From NCBI GenBank assembly GCA_950097015.1, contig CATNEN010000039.1, forward strand, positions 11,594,001-11,658,000: 64,000 nt of DNA, in the 5' to 3' direction. The notes under the pieces are model-generated. The model was not told the DNA's origin and searched no databases. It saw only the letters and a program-made list of their open reading frames with translations. Positions 50,801 through 63,583 of the stretch are shown here, in pieces. How positions within the stretch are numbered: position 1 is the stretch's first letter; every line of letters starts with the position of its first letter. The DNA is from Macrostomum hystrix (taxonomy: Eukaryota > Animalia > Platyhelminthes). The position numbers and the translations under genes were made by a program.

Positions 50801-52014
50801 AGCTGGCGAAGGTCAACCAGCAAAACCCAGCTTTGGCTCCGTTGGAAATTTTGGCAGTTCGGCGCCCAGCTTCACTGCTCCGTCTACAGACGCTAAAACT
50901 GCAAGCGATCCGTTCAATTTCGGCGCCCAGTTGCCACAGGCCAGTCAGTCCGATCAGGCTGGCGTCCCGACTAAGCAGCCAAAGGTTAGTTTTAATTTTG
51001 CCGCCGGAACACAGAATGGTAGCGGTGCCGCTATTGGTGGTGGCCTCTTCGGCGCGGCCAACGGCGGCCCGCCGGCTCCTTCACCGGTTGTTGACTTGGA
51101 CGCCAGGCCGAAGCCGCAGCCTCCATCGTTTGTATTCGGCAGCAGCGCCTCCGTCGGCGCCCAGCCGGCATTCGTCTTCGGCGCTAGTAACACAGCCAGG
51201 CCTCAGATTCCAGCAGCAACTACAGAAATGTCCAACAATCTATTATTGCAGCAACAGCAACAGCAGCTGCAATTTGCTGGCCAGGGAAATGGGCCGGCTG
51301 ATCCGTGAGTGTGATTTTATTTTACTTTTCTCTGTTAATGCTCGTATTTAAATACTTCTTCTGAAAAGTAGTAGCATGGTTAGTAAAACTGCAGGTGCAA
51401 ATCTCGACGAAATTGGAGTGTCTAATTCCCTCAATGTACTTCCACTCGAAGGCTTCGATGCACCGATTAAGCAGAGGATGCACGCGCAACGGCTTTATAG
51501 TTGTGTCATGAGGACAAAATAGCCATCTAGACACTATGACTAATTACTCAGGAGGGTCGGTGGCAGAGCGGTTAACTCGTTTGCCTCTCGCGCCAAAGTC
51601 CCTAAGTTCGATTCCGTGGCGAGGCCACATTTATTGGGTGCGCAGCCGAGGCACAGTGAAGTGTACACTGCCTGACGATTATAAAGTCAGGGGCAGATGT
51701 ACACACCTGTGTGATCGTTTACCTTCGTATGGTATTGTGTGCGTGTGTGCTCAGGAGTCAGCGAAATGGGCAGAATTGCCTCCTCGCTGGCTGCGGGGCT
51801 GGTGTCATCAAATGATGTGCCACTGCCCGCAGCCCTCCTGCAATTTATTTATTTATTATTATTACTAATTATGACCACTGACCGCTACAATTACTATTGT
51901 ACTGACATCTGTTTCAACCATGCCTGCAGAAGCAATCCGTTCAACGCCCAGTCTTCAGCCAATCGCCCAGTCCGCAGTCGCATCAGTGCCCGACGCCGAC
52001 TTGGTCCAAAGTAG
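47869..52014 (+). CDS. NUP153: Nucleoporin Nup153 (exons 47869-47997, 48207-51304, 51930-52014; upstream exon possible)
   Basis: FYAGRTGYGG and TAKKILDSLDRLSTPLVDARRMP Nup153 motifs, four RanBP2-type zinc fingers, FG repeats and a basic C-terminus (RSRISARRRL). Splice phases are consistent. Confidence 0.92.
51551..51870 (+). mobile_element. SINE family 1 copy in the last Nup153 intron
   Basis: A and B boxes, body, (tta)n tail. Confidence 0.88.
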
Positions 52015-52892
52015 TCACCGCGTGAGCATTTTTATGATCGATTATCTGTTTGAATGACCAGCTAACAGATTTAGTACAGCGCTTGGGTTCTGTGTCTGTG
52101 TTGATTTCTACACAAAACCGGTCAAAGCGTAATATATTTAGCGTGTTCAAAATAATTATCTGATTAATAAATATGTTTTATTTTTTTTGTTCCATATAAC
52201 ATCTTTTTGTATTAGCCTCCTCTAGTGCCCCCAACAGTGTTAACGTGTTACACCTTAAAAAATTTAAACGCTTTGTTTGTGACCTTGCTGCATTTTTTAA
52301 TTTTGTTCGCGAGAGCTGCTGCTGCTGCTGCAAACGGTGAAAGTTGCAAGAAATTTTTAACGCTTAACAATATAATTTTAAATTAATGAAATTTCCGCGT
52401 CAAACATCTACGGCGCATGTTTGATAGTTCTCTGGTCAAAAATACCTGGCGTAATTTGGGATCCTGTGTGTGTACTCATGACGCTGGCGAGCAAACTAAA
52501 TTCATTAATCGGAATACTACTACTCACTCCATATACTACTTAGCTATGAAAATCAACTTCGATTGAATCTTTTTTGCTCGCTTGTTCGATTAATTTTTTA
52601 ACCTTTGGGCTGTCAAAGCCCTGTTGGTATTGTTACACCTGTCCCAGCCTGTATCGACTGTGAACTTGAAGAAAAATGTTCTCAACTTTATTTTCAATCG
52701 CTATAAATTGTGTGGTGTTTAATTAATAGAGTAAATTCAGTTTTCACTCACTGGCGCCTAAAAGCACCTTCAGTGGTGCTTCGTTTAGTTAAGAAAGACG
52801 ACTCAACTAACTATAAATTCGCTTTTATTTTCCACTGTTCCTTTAGTTGATATATTAAAGTGTATCTAATTCAAAACTTCAATTATCGAAAC

Positions 52893-53350
52893 TAACTGAT
52901 AAAATTCTGATCAGTAGGTAATGACCAACTGATAACAATCTGGTCAGTGGGTAATGACCAACTGATAACAATCTGGTCAATGGGTAATGACCAACTGATA
53001 AGAATCTGGTCAGTGGGTAATGACCAACTGATAAGAATCTGGTCAGTGGGTAATGACCAACTGATAAGAATCTGGTCAGTGGGTAATGACCAACTGATAA
53101 AAATCTGGTCAATGGGTAATGACCAACTGATAAAAATCTGGTCAGTGGGTAATGACCAACTGATAAAAATCTGGTCAATGGGTAATGACCAACTGATAAA
53201 AATCTGGTCAGTGGGTAATGACCAACTGATAAAAATCTGGTCAGTGGGTAATGACCAACTGATAAAAATCTGGTCAGTGGGTAATGACCAACTGATAAAA
53301 ATCTGGTCAATGGGTAATGACCAACTGATAAGAATCTGGTCAGTGGTCAC
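52893..53350. repeat. 33-bp minisatellite (~14 units)
   Basis: Unit ctggtcagtgggtaatgaccaactgataaaaat with an internal ggtca/tgacc inverted repeat. Confidence 0.96.
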
Positions 53351-53789
53351 TGAAAAACCCTCGTAGGTGAAGCTTGTAGTGAGCAGTTTATAGGGCTACT
53401 TAAATGGATTGATCAGCTCATAGGAAACTGCAACACTCATTTTAATCATGTTTTCTTCTATCTGTCATGTTCTTAAACCTGAAGTTATGTGTTGCGCAAA
53501 GCTAATTTGTTTGTCAAGCGACAGCGTTCGCTTTATATGGAACATTCTATGTGATTCGTGTCTCCTGTATTTGAAATATACCAATGTTTGTGCTTAAAAA
53601 TGCGCTTAAATCTGTGCAGCTTTTGTGCAGCAAAATTCAATAGTTGTTTAGTGTGGCTCTCCATAATATTATTTGGATTGGACTTTATTCGTCAACAAAA
53701 TATGCCTAAGCCAGATTGTGTCGATTTCTTATTATGTCGAGTTTTTTTCATACATTTTGGCCCGGGCAGTGTCAGCGACCTCATCTCAC

Positions 53790-53913
53790 TACTGTCTCAC
53801 CTCTATGTCACCACCGAGTGCAGTCAGAGGCCAGCTGCATCGATCACGTGACTGTGGCCAGACTGTCAGCTTGCAGTCGGTGTCCACCCGGATACGAGTT
53901 CTTACTTCTCTCG
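53790..53913 (+). pseudogene. Inverted partial copy of the C-type lectin pseudogene N-terminus
   Basis: Matches the reverse complement of ~55442-55555; encodes CPPGYEF. Confidence 0.7.
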
Positions 53914-54144
53914 GTTTGACACCTTTTACATATGATGCTTTTCAATATTAGAAGCTACCTTTTTAAGTAAACTTTCACGTTATTGTTGCGTGATTTTAAA
54001 CTAGAAACTGATAAATATTTATTTGTTTTAAGGACGCACATAGTTACACATTTGCGAAAAGTGCTCTATTGTTAGGTAAAGTGGGACTTAGGAAAGTGAC
54101 TGAGTCTTGCACTAATAGCAACCGAAAACAGGTCGGAGCCTCAT

Positions 54145-54654
54145 TCAGGAGAAGGCCTCGTGGTCGTAGACAAACTCGCCGAGTCCGCTGCCCGTCCTCT
54201 TCAACTGAGTGATGTGGGCGGAGATCTTGGCGATCGCCTCCACCTGCTCCTTGAGGAACTCGCCCTCGAGGAAGTCGGTCAGCTGGGCGTCTTCGTGCTT
54301 CGAGGCGATCTTGTGCAGGTCCAGCAGGCTCTGGTTGACATCCCGCTCGAGCTGCAGCGCGTCCTCCATGGCCTCCAGCATGGAGCCCCAGGCCTGCTTG
54401 CCGGGCTTGCTGATGCTCTCCAGCACGATGGTTCCGCCGCGCTGGTTGATGAGCTTCATCAGCTTCTCGGCGTGCTCCCGCTCCTCCTTGGACTCGTTGG
54501 CGAAGTGGCCGGAGATGCCGGGCAGGGCGACGTCGTCCCGAGCGAAGTGGAAGCTCATGGCCTGGTAGGTGTAGGACGCGAACAGCTCCAGGTTCACCTG
54601 CTTGTTGAGCGCGGCCTCGCTCTCTTCGTGAAAGTTCTGCCTGATGCGGCTCAT
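54145..54654 (-). CDS. Ferritin (cytosolic, H-type), intronless, 169 aa
   Basis: SRIRQNF, ELFASYTY, EEREHAEKLM..N.RGG, LERDVNQSLLDLH, EQVEAI. Ferroxidase residues are intact. Confidence 0.97.
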   Translation of the reverse strand: MSRIRQNFHEESEAALNKQVNLELFASYTYQAMSFHFARDDVALPGISGHFANESKEEREHAEKLMKLINQRGGTIVLESISKPGKQAWGSMLEAMEDALQLERDVNQSLLDLHKIASKHEDAQLTDFLEGEFLKEQVEAIAKISAHITQLKRTGSGLGEFVYDHEAFS

Positions 54655-55060
54655 TCTGGTGGCTTTGAACTGGTGCGGTGTGACTGCAGCTCGCTAGTGA
54701 TGGCTGTCCTGGACCTGTCGGCTTGTCGATTCGATTCGCTGACCCGTGGAAGCTCTGCATTTATGCGCTCTCTGAGCAGCGCTATGTGAAAGTCACAGAA
54801 ATGTGATCGCTTATCAATGCGCCGCGACAAGATTGTGCCCAATGTTTCTCTTCACTTCTGTTCCAATTTTGCACTTGTGACTTCGTCTGTCATACGTTCT
54901 ACTTTCATGGAACTGCATGGGAATTTCACATCTAGAGATTTTGGAACTTTTATGAAACAAACTAATTAAGTCACATCAAGAATGAAAAAAATTGATAAGA
55001 ATTAACCACAAATCATGTTTGCGACTGTTATCCATTACTGTCTTTGCAACAACGTGTTGA

Positions 55061-55580
55061 TCAGAACACACTCAGGCACTCGCAGACGTACTTCAGGCTG
55101 TAGCCGCGCTGAGTACTGTCGATGCCAGTTGTTCCTGACGCAGCCCTGACTAGGCAGGCCGCTGTTCGACCTACCGGCTCCCAGATGTCACCGCGGATGC
55201 TGAGGTTGCAACACTTCCACAGACAGCCTTGCGTCACGTTCACGGACCCCGGCATCTGCTGTCCTCCCAGAAACAGGCTCTGAGCTGGTGCATTGAACGC
55301 GTTCTTGATCAACGCGAGATGCCGAGCCTTATCAGGGTCCAGAGCGTTTGCGGGCTTCGTCAGTCCGTCTTCTTGGCTGCACCTGGCGAGGGCGTCGGTT
55401 CAGTTGAGAGCTGGTGCAGCCGACGCCTTGTAGGAGGTGCCGAACCGAGAGAACTCGTAGCCGGCGGACACAGACTGTCAGCTGACAGTCGTGCCGCTGA
55501 TCTCACATACACGGTCACGTGATTAGTGCAGCTGGCCTCCGACTGCACTCGGTGGCTGCACCGATCGTGCTGAGAGCGGC
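55061..55580 (-). pseudogene. C-type lectin domain pseudogene
   Basis: CPP(fs)YEFSRFGTSYK...LN*TDALARC...LFLGG...LW...WEP...CL...YVCE; one frameshift and a TGA at the conserved Trp position. Confidence 0.75.
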
Positions 55581-56519
55581 AGTCAAGTGCAGAACTGTGA
55601 ACACAAGCCGACTTTTAGTACAATCTTTTCTTTCAGTAAATTATTATTTCTCAGCCTAGACTTAGAGCTGTGGATAAAACTTCTGAGAAAAAGAAAAATA
55701 GAGCCGCAATCAACGCTTAAGCTTCCTAAGGTACCCATGCGATATAAAAGAATGACGTTTGTTTTTAAGAAGCGACCATCTTGTGCAATACTCTTCAGAA
55801 GTATCAAATCTTAAAAAAAATTTAAAAAATTATAGGATTAATTTGCCTTTTGTTAAAAATTTTCTCCCGTTTTGATTCAACCAATCCGCGAGCGACTAGG
55901 GTCAGAGAATATCGGGCAGTACACAAACAAAGCTGAGGGAGAGGAAAGAAAGACCTCACAGAGCCCAGCCAATCGGCTCGCGACAGGACGAGAGAGGCGA
56001 GAGAGACGAGATAGACGTCTTTCTCTAATGCGAGGAAAAGCAACCAGTCAGAACTGGTTTTAGTCGATAAACGCTTCCGCTTTGAATTTTACTGTCGACT
56101 TTAAGGATAAACCTGTCATCCTAAGGTTCAGCTATTTCTACCAGAAATACGAGCTTGTTCTGCCTCCAACGATTACAGGACTACCGCAAAGAGCGCGTTG
56201 CGATCCTCAGACTCACTTCAAACTAGCGGTGATTCCCAACAAAGAAATGTCTGGTTCCCATCACCAGGCCATTACTATCGTATCCTACCTTTATCAATCA
56301 CGCCGTGAAATTTGTTGCTCAGGATTGCTTCAAAGAAATTCCCGTGTATATCTGCACCGTCCGATCCTCGGGCACACCCGCTTTCGCCGATCGTGTTGTT
56401 CCAACGCCAACTGAGCGATAGTCTGTCATTCTCCAAGAATTGGGACACTTATCTCAAGGGATTCGGAGATCCCAGAGGAAACTATGGGACAGGTGAGTGT
56501 CGTGTTGTCAGTTTAGGGT

Positions 56520-57380
56520 TGTGAGACACATTAGCGATCAGACATGAGATAGATGAGACACGGGAGAGATCAAACACGGGAGAGATGAGACACGGCAGAG
56601 ATGAGACACGGGAGAGATGAGACACGAGAGAGATCAAACACGGGAGAGATGAGACACGGGAGGGAGAGATGAGACACGGGAGAGATCAAACACGGGAGGG
56701 AGAGATGAGACACGGGAGAGATCAAACACGGGAGGGAGAGATGAGACAGGGGGAGAGATGAGAAATGGAAGAAATGAAAAACAGGAGAGATGAGACACAG
56801 GAGAGATGAGACACAGGAGAGATGAGACACGGGAGAGATGAGACACGGGAGAGATGAGACACGGGAGAGATGAGATACGGGAGAGATGAGACACTGGAGA
56901 CAGAATACATGGGAGAGATGAGACACGGGAGAGATCAAACACGGGAGAGATGAGACACGGGAGAGATCAAACGCGGGAGGGAGAGATGAGACAGGGGGAG
57001 AGATGAGAAATGGAAGAAATGAAAAACAGGAGAGATGAGACACAGGAGAGATGAGACACAGGAGAGATGAGACACGGGAGAGATGAGACACGGGAGAGAT
57101 GAGACACGGGAGAGATGAGACACGGGAGAGATGAGATACGGGAGAGATGAGACACTGGAGACAGAATACATGGGAGAGATGAGACACGGGAGAGATCAAA
57201 CACGGGAGAGATGAGACACGGGAGAGATCAAACGCGGGAGGGAGAGATGAGACACGGGAGAGATGAGACATGGGAGAGATGAGACACGGGAGAGATGAGA
57301 CATGAGATAGCGATGAGATACGGGAGAGATCAAACACGGGAGGGGGAGATGAGGCACAGGAGAGATGCGATGTGGAGATA
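56520..57380. repeat. 16-bp gagatgagacacggga minisatellite with higher-order blocks
   Basis: Directly visible tandem units; marker blocks repeat internally. Confidence 0.94.
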
Positions 57381-57969
57381 AGTCAGTTTCAATTCTTATT
57401 TATCATCGCACAGTGTTTGAGCAGCTGTCGCTGATAACTCAACTTCCAGGCTCATAACCAAATGCAATTTAGCACCTAGGATAGACGCTGACAAGTCTGC
57501 ACTGACCTCAAGTAGATTTGGAAACTCTGGTTGCTGCAGGCTTAATGACTGCCACACTGTGCATCTGAACGCACTGATAATACCTGATGCTGAACTATAG
57601 GCTTATAAATAGCAAATGCAACAATTTATTTAAATAATTGTGACTAATTGCATCATCATAAGATAAGCACACGCTAACTTGTCAGAATGTACATAGGGGT
57701 GAGAGGGTAAGGAGAGAGGTGGTTCGCCAGCCAATCGAGAGAGCGAGAGAGAGAGAGTCAAGGAGACACGTACGCCTCTCAAAAGTGCTTAGAATTGAAT
57801 TGTTGTCTAATATACGCACCAGATTTAGTATAAAAGGCAGAGAATTCTATCTAGGTCGCCAGCCAGATGTGGTGACACACGCAGCTCATGAAGTTAAACA
57901 AAAAGTATAAATTATCAATTACACTGCTTTTCCCACAGTCAGCCAGACAATACTGGTCCATCAAAGCTT

Positions 57970-58260
57970 CCCACATTAATTCTCGGGCGCAGCCGCGAAA
58001 AGAAGGCTGGGGGCTTGACGTGCAATTTACACCCTTCAGGGCCAACATCCAAGGCAGAGTGAGAGTGTGCACCGCTTGTCTATGAGAAAGTCAGGGCAGA
58101 TGTACACACCTGTGTGAGCGTGTGACTACGTACGGTATTTGTTCGCGTGTGTGCTCAGGAGTCGGCAACATGGGTAGAATTGTCTCCTCGCTGGCTGCGG
58201 GTCTAGTGTCACCAAATGGGTGTGCCATTGCCCGCAGCCCTCCTGCAATTATTATAAAAT
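57970..58260 (+). mobile_element. SINE family 1 copy (5'-truncated)
   Basis: Shared body and tail. Confidence 0.85.
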
Positions 58261-59944
58261 TGTTATTAAAAATAATATTGGTTTAAAGCAAGTTGAGAAA
58301 CGAATGGATTCATGCAGAGATGACATATCATTGTGATACACACAAGAATAGCGAGTATTGTTGAAGTCAAACACTATCAATCATTCAATTCCTTTTTGCT
58401 GAAATATACTATCGACCCAGTCGAATTGAAATCCACAGAGCATAACAATTTCTACTATCTGTAAAGTTTATAAGCAGCAGTGCAATCACAGTGCACGCAT
58501 GCGTGAGAACTGAGCCAAATGCTGCCTTATATCCAGCAATACTCTGGTCCCTGCTCCGCCCCCTATAGCTTTGAGCTCAAATCTATACTACCTTGCTCAG
58601 AAATTTTCGCATTCGAAATCCAGTGTTTTCTTTAATGATAATATTTTTATACAGATTATTAATATACAGGTTCGAACTCAGTATCTATTAATACTATTAT
58701 CTATTATCTATTACGAGGAGGTTAATTAATTATCATAATTTCAGGATATGGCTGCTGGCTGCTGGCTGCGTACGGCTGTCAGTCCCTGGACTGGTGGGAC
58801 GCCAGACCCACCCTCAATTTATCAGCTAATGTTGATAACCATTTTACCATTTAACATCTCTGAAATTTCTCATGTTAGTCTAATAATTTGAGCGAACGTT
58901 TCGTTAACGAGGGCTAATTCATCGGGTCTTTGAGACACATTGAGCACATTTTAGATTTGCACGTTGACTGCAATTGGCGTTAATTGCGATCAACAAAGCC
59001 AACTTTCGATCAAAGAGAAATAAGTTTCACTGTGTATTACGCAACAATAACTTAGATAAGTATACCAATTTTGTTATATTGCTTAACAAAATGCAATGCG
59101 AACAGGAAATTCGGTGATATTGCGTGTTTAAAATCTTGTCACCAAAGTCTTCTTTCTGTCACGATTTTGCCGGGAACCCTATAGGGCTGGAAGTGTTGAG
59201 AAAAGAAGGTGGCTTTAGAGAAAAAGGGGGAGAGGGGTAGAGTGTCAGCAACCAATAGCTAGCGAGGGTTGTGGTAAGTGGGGGGGTCGGTGGGAGGCAC
59301 CGGTGGGGGTAGTCAGAAGCGCAAGTTTAAATCTGCAACAGAATAAATATAATATAAAAAAGCAGAACTGGCATATAGCGCATGGGGTGTGAGGTGGGCT
59401 GGACTAGGGAAAGAAACTACTAGAAAATATATAAGTGAACTGGGATAAAAACACAAGGTAGAGAGAGACTTACCCCCGGCCTTGTCGATTAGCTGGCAAA
59501 TCCTGCGTACCTCACACAGTACTGTGAGTGTATAATTTCCATTCCTTCAGATCTGTCTCATATTTTCTGTCCCAACTCAAACAGGCTCTCTAGCAACCCA
59601 CCCCCCTGCCAACTATTTCTCCTAGAAAACTTTGCTTCTTGAGGCGAAATTTCTTTGCTAAATTATAGCGAGGTTAGTCGGAACTGACGGCTCTCCCGAA
59701 AGTTCCAAATCCTTACCAAAAAAATAACCTCTGGTCATATCCGCAGAGTCGACCCAGCAGTTCTGTACTGTTGTTGGAAGGCCAGCCTCGGAATCGGTGA
59801 GTTCTGCTCAAATTTTGTGCTCACTAATAGCTACCGCTCTGTTGAGTTTTTTCATTTTCTATTTTTCCTTCAGTTTTGCGTATATGTTTTACTGTTTAGT
59901 GAGTAAACCAACTCGCATAGTGGATTTGCAGATGAGATTCGAAA

Positions 59945-60800
59945 GTTGATCTCAAGGTGAGATTAGACACACTATTCTCCGGTGATATTAGACACTCGAT
60001 TCTCAGGGTGAGATTAGACACTCGATTCTCAGGTGAGATTAGACATTCGATTTTGAGGGTGAGATTAGACACTCGATTCTCAGGTGAGATAAGACATTCG
60101 ATTTTGAGGGTGTGATAAGACATTAGCTTTTCAGGGTGAGATTAGACACTCGATTCTCAGGGTGAGATTAGACACTCGATTCTCAGGGTGAGATTAGACA
60201 TTTGATTCTCAGGGTGAGATTAGACACTCGATTCTCAGGGTGAGATTAGACATTTGATTCTCAGGGTGAGATTAGACATTCGATTCTCAGGGTGAGATTA
60301 GACACTCGATTCTCAGGGTGAGATTAGACATTTGATTCTCAGGGTGAGATTAGACATTCGATTCTCAGGGTGAGATTAGACACTCGATTCTCAGGTGAGA
60401 TTAGACACTCGATTCTCAGGTGAGATTAGACACTCGATTCTCAGGTGAGATAAGACATTCGATTTTGAGGATGAGATAAGACATTAGCTTTTCAGGGTGA
60501 GATTAGACACTCGATTCTCAGGGTGAGATTAGACATTTGATTCTCAGCTGAGACTAGCCATTTAATTGTCAGGTGAGATTAGACATTCGATTGTCATGTG
60601 AGATTAGACATTCGATTCTCAGGTGAGATTAGATATTCGATTCTCAGGTGAGATTAGACATTCGATTTTGAGGGTGAGATAAGACATTCAATACTCAGGT
60701 GAGATTAGGCAATCGATTCTCAGGTGAGATTAGACATACGATTCTCAGGGTGAGATTAGACATTCGATTTTGAGGGTGAGATAAAACATTCGATCTCAAA
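59945..60800. repeat. 25/26-bp minisatellite
   Basis: Unit cagggtgagattagacactcgattct. Confidence 0.95.
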
Positions 60801-61018
60801 TCAATGATATATCAAGATTTGTATACTTGATAAAAAAAAATAAGTTTTTTTTTTATTTCATGTTGAAATCTCAGGTAAGATAAGTTAATTCCAGGTGAGA
60901 TTAGTAAATCACAGTTCAGAGTTTAGTAAATCAGTGTTGAACTACTGAAAAACGAAATGTTGACCCTAATAAACGAAAACTTAAGTGAAAGCTTTTTACT
61001 TTCCATTTCAGATTCTGA

Positions 61019-62281
61019 ATGCTTCAGAGCATCAACTCTCCGCCGCCGCCGCCGCAGCAGCAGCAGCAGCAGCAGCACGTGCCATCGACCTTGTCATACA
61101 GTAACTGCTCAACTGAATCAGACCGGTCTCCGATCATTGTTGCCATGGAAACGTCCGCCGCCGGGTCATTTTACGCGGACTCGGGGGTAGCCTTGGCTAC
61201 ACCATTCGGCCATTTTCCCGACTCCAGCAACCCGCTGGACTATTTCCAGATTGGCGCAGCTCCCCTGAATGTCCAGCAGGTAAGGAAATTACATTTCGTA
61301 ATAATTTAAAAGTGAAATTTTCCAAGAAAATGTTAGTACTCCCCTTAATTACTAACAATTGCAGGAGGGCTGCGGGCAATGGCACATCCATTTGTTGACA
61401 CCAGACCCGCAGCCAGAGAGGAGGCAATGCTGCCCATTTCGCTGACTCCTGAGCACACACGCACACAGATACCGTACGCAGGCACACACTCACACAGGTG
61501 TGTACATCTGCCCTGACTTTCTCATTGTCACGCAGTGTACACTCTCACTCTGCCTTGGAGGTTGACACTCAAGGGCGTAATTTGCACGACAAGCCCCCAA
61601 GCCTTCTCTCCGCGGCTGCGCCCCAATTGAATGTGGCCTCGCCGCGGAATCGAGCTCAGGACCTTCGTGCGAGAGGCAAACGCGTTAAGCGCTCTGCCAT
61701 TCACCCCATGGCAGAGCCACTCCTTAGAAGACCTTACTTCTCAACTAGGAAGACATGAAGTCTATCCTTAGAAGACCAGGAGTCTCACTGTAGAAGACAT
61801 CATACTTTTCCAGGTGTTTTAAAGGCTCGAGAAATTCTACCCCCTTGCTAAAAATAAAGGATAGAATAGCTAGTATAGTCTATCAAAAGAGTGAAGTTTT
61901 TTTCCAAGAAAAAGGCGAATTCACCTGATACCCAAATCATCCGGTCTTGGGCACGTTGCATCAACTCTAGCAGCCTTACACTGAATTCGGTGCCTCGCCG
62001 CACGTTGTGGCGATTTAGCAATTAACCATATTTTATTTCACAGCACAGACTAAAGGAGATTTGATAATTCAGTCAGCTTACTTCAAAAATAGGGCCAAAC
62101 CGAACCTACGTCACAAATCCACTGCCAGATGTACCACAGCCCAGCTACATCAGACGAGGCAGCATTGTCAACCGTTTACTCAAACAACGGCTCAAAAGCT
62201 CTGCTTCATCACCATGGCGACCTGCACCAAGAGCTGCCGGCACCGCTACCGCCACTGTACCCATTGATGAGTCTTGAACAT

Positions 62282-62347
<66 letters not shown>

Positions 62348-63519
62348 ATGCAGCATGAATTGCTATTAGTGAATCCTACTGACCAGCATACAAACTATTT
62401 TTGCCAAGAATCAGCTGCTTCTGTAGAACAATACTATTATCAGCAGCAGCAGCAGCAGCTTCACCAAGGATTTTATCCCGAACCAGCTTATGATCCACAC
62501 GGGTTATCTTACAATGCGGCCCTCCTGTGTCCAGAGTCTTATCAGCCGCATCATCAGCATCAGCAGCATCAGCATCAGCAGCAGCAGCAGAGATTATCAT
62601 ACTTTGATCCAACCACAATGGGATTTCCGGTAAATTGATTAATTACAAATTAGTTATCGATCTACCAGGCGCTTTCCAATGCCCTAATGAATGCTTAATG
62701 AAATATTTTACGCGAAACTCATTAAAGGATCCCATTTGCGGCTCGAGAACAGCTGATCTGTATGCCCACCAGCAGAACTATTATCAGCAGGTAAGTTTGA
62801 CGAGATGCACTTTAGGGATTCACCAATTTTTGGGCATGGTTCGGCAACCTTATATGGCTATTTTGCCAATGTGATAATCCAAAATATAACTGCTGGCTGC
62901 ATTGTCAGTGGAGAGATGAGATATGTGAGAGATGAGACAGGGGGAGAGATGAGACAGGGGGAGAGATGAGACAGGGGAGAGATGAGAAATGGAAGAAATG
63001 AAAAACAGGAGAGATGAGACACAGGAGAGATGAGACACAGGAGAGATGAGACACGGGAGAGATGAGACACGGGAGAGATGAGACACAGGAGAGATGAGAC
63101 ACGGGAGAGATGAGACACGGGAGAGATGAGACACAGGAGAGATGAGACACGGGAGAGATGAGATACGGGAGAGATGAGACACTGGAGACAGAATACATGG
63201 GAGAGATGAGACACGGGAGAGAGAAGACACGGGAGAGATGAGACACGGGAGAGATGAGACACTGGAGACAGAATACATGGGAGAGATGAGACACGGGAGA
63301 GATAAGACACGGGAGAGATGAGACACGGGAGAGATGAGACACTGGAGAGAGAAGACACGGGAGAGATGAGGCAGGGGAGAGTAAAGGCGTTGTTTTGCGA
63401 GATATGGGGTCCATTCATGCACTGCAAAGATGTCCTTTCTACGAAAGCTTTAAAGTACGACCTTCTGATCACCCATCAATCACAAGCAGCAGCATCTGCA
63501 ATCGTCGACTCCACTGCAA

Positions 63520-63583
<64 letters not shown>

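Noticed and set aside
51755-51845. HDV-ribozyme-like words in SINE family 1 (gcctcctcgctggc; gcgaaatggg)
   Set aside because: The order is wrong, there is no upstream P1 strand and no GG for P1.1; ggctgcggg pairs downstream as a simple hairpin. A ctgacga...gaaa hammerhead reading also lacks a proper stem III.
54044-54789. Overlapping 238-aa and 209-aa ORFs at ferritin
   Set aside because: Shadow ORFs caused by the high GC3 of ferritin.
53810-55555. Pack-MULE-like TIRs capturing ferritin
   Set aside because: The inverted segments translate as C-type lectin sequence and no TSD is seen.
6625-60800. CRISPR-like appearance of the 20-39 bp arrays
   Set aside because: Units are directly adjacent with no unique spacers, there are no cas genes, and the context is eukaryotic.
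15636-63472. Repeat-derived ORFs (HHYNTAPITT, WLQWLLGY, HRIYRYS, TRFLSVGHYPL, LISPVSHL etc.)
   Set aside because: Translations of minisatellites, open in several frames with no splice or homology support.
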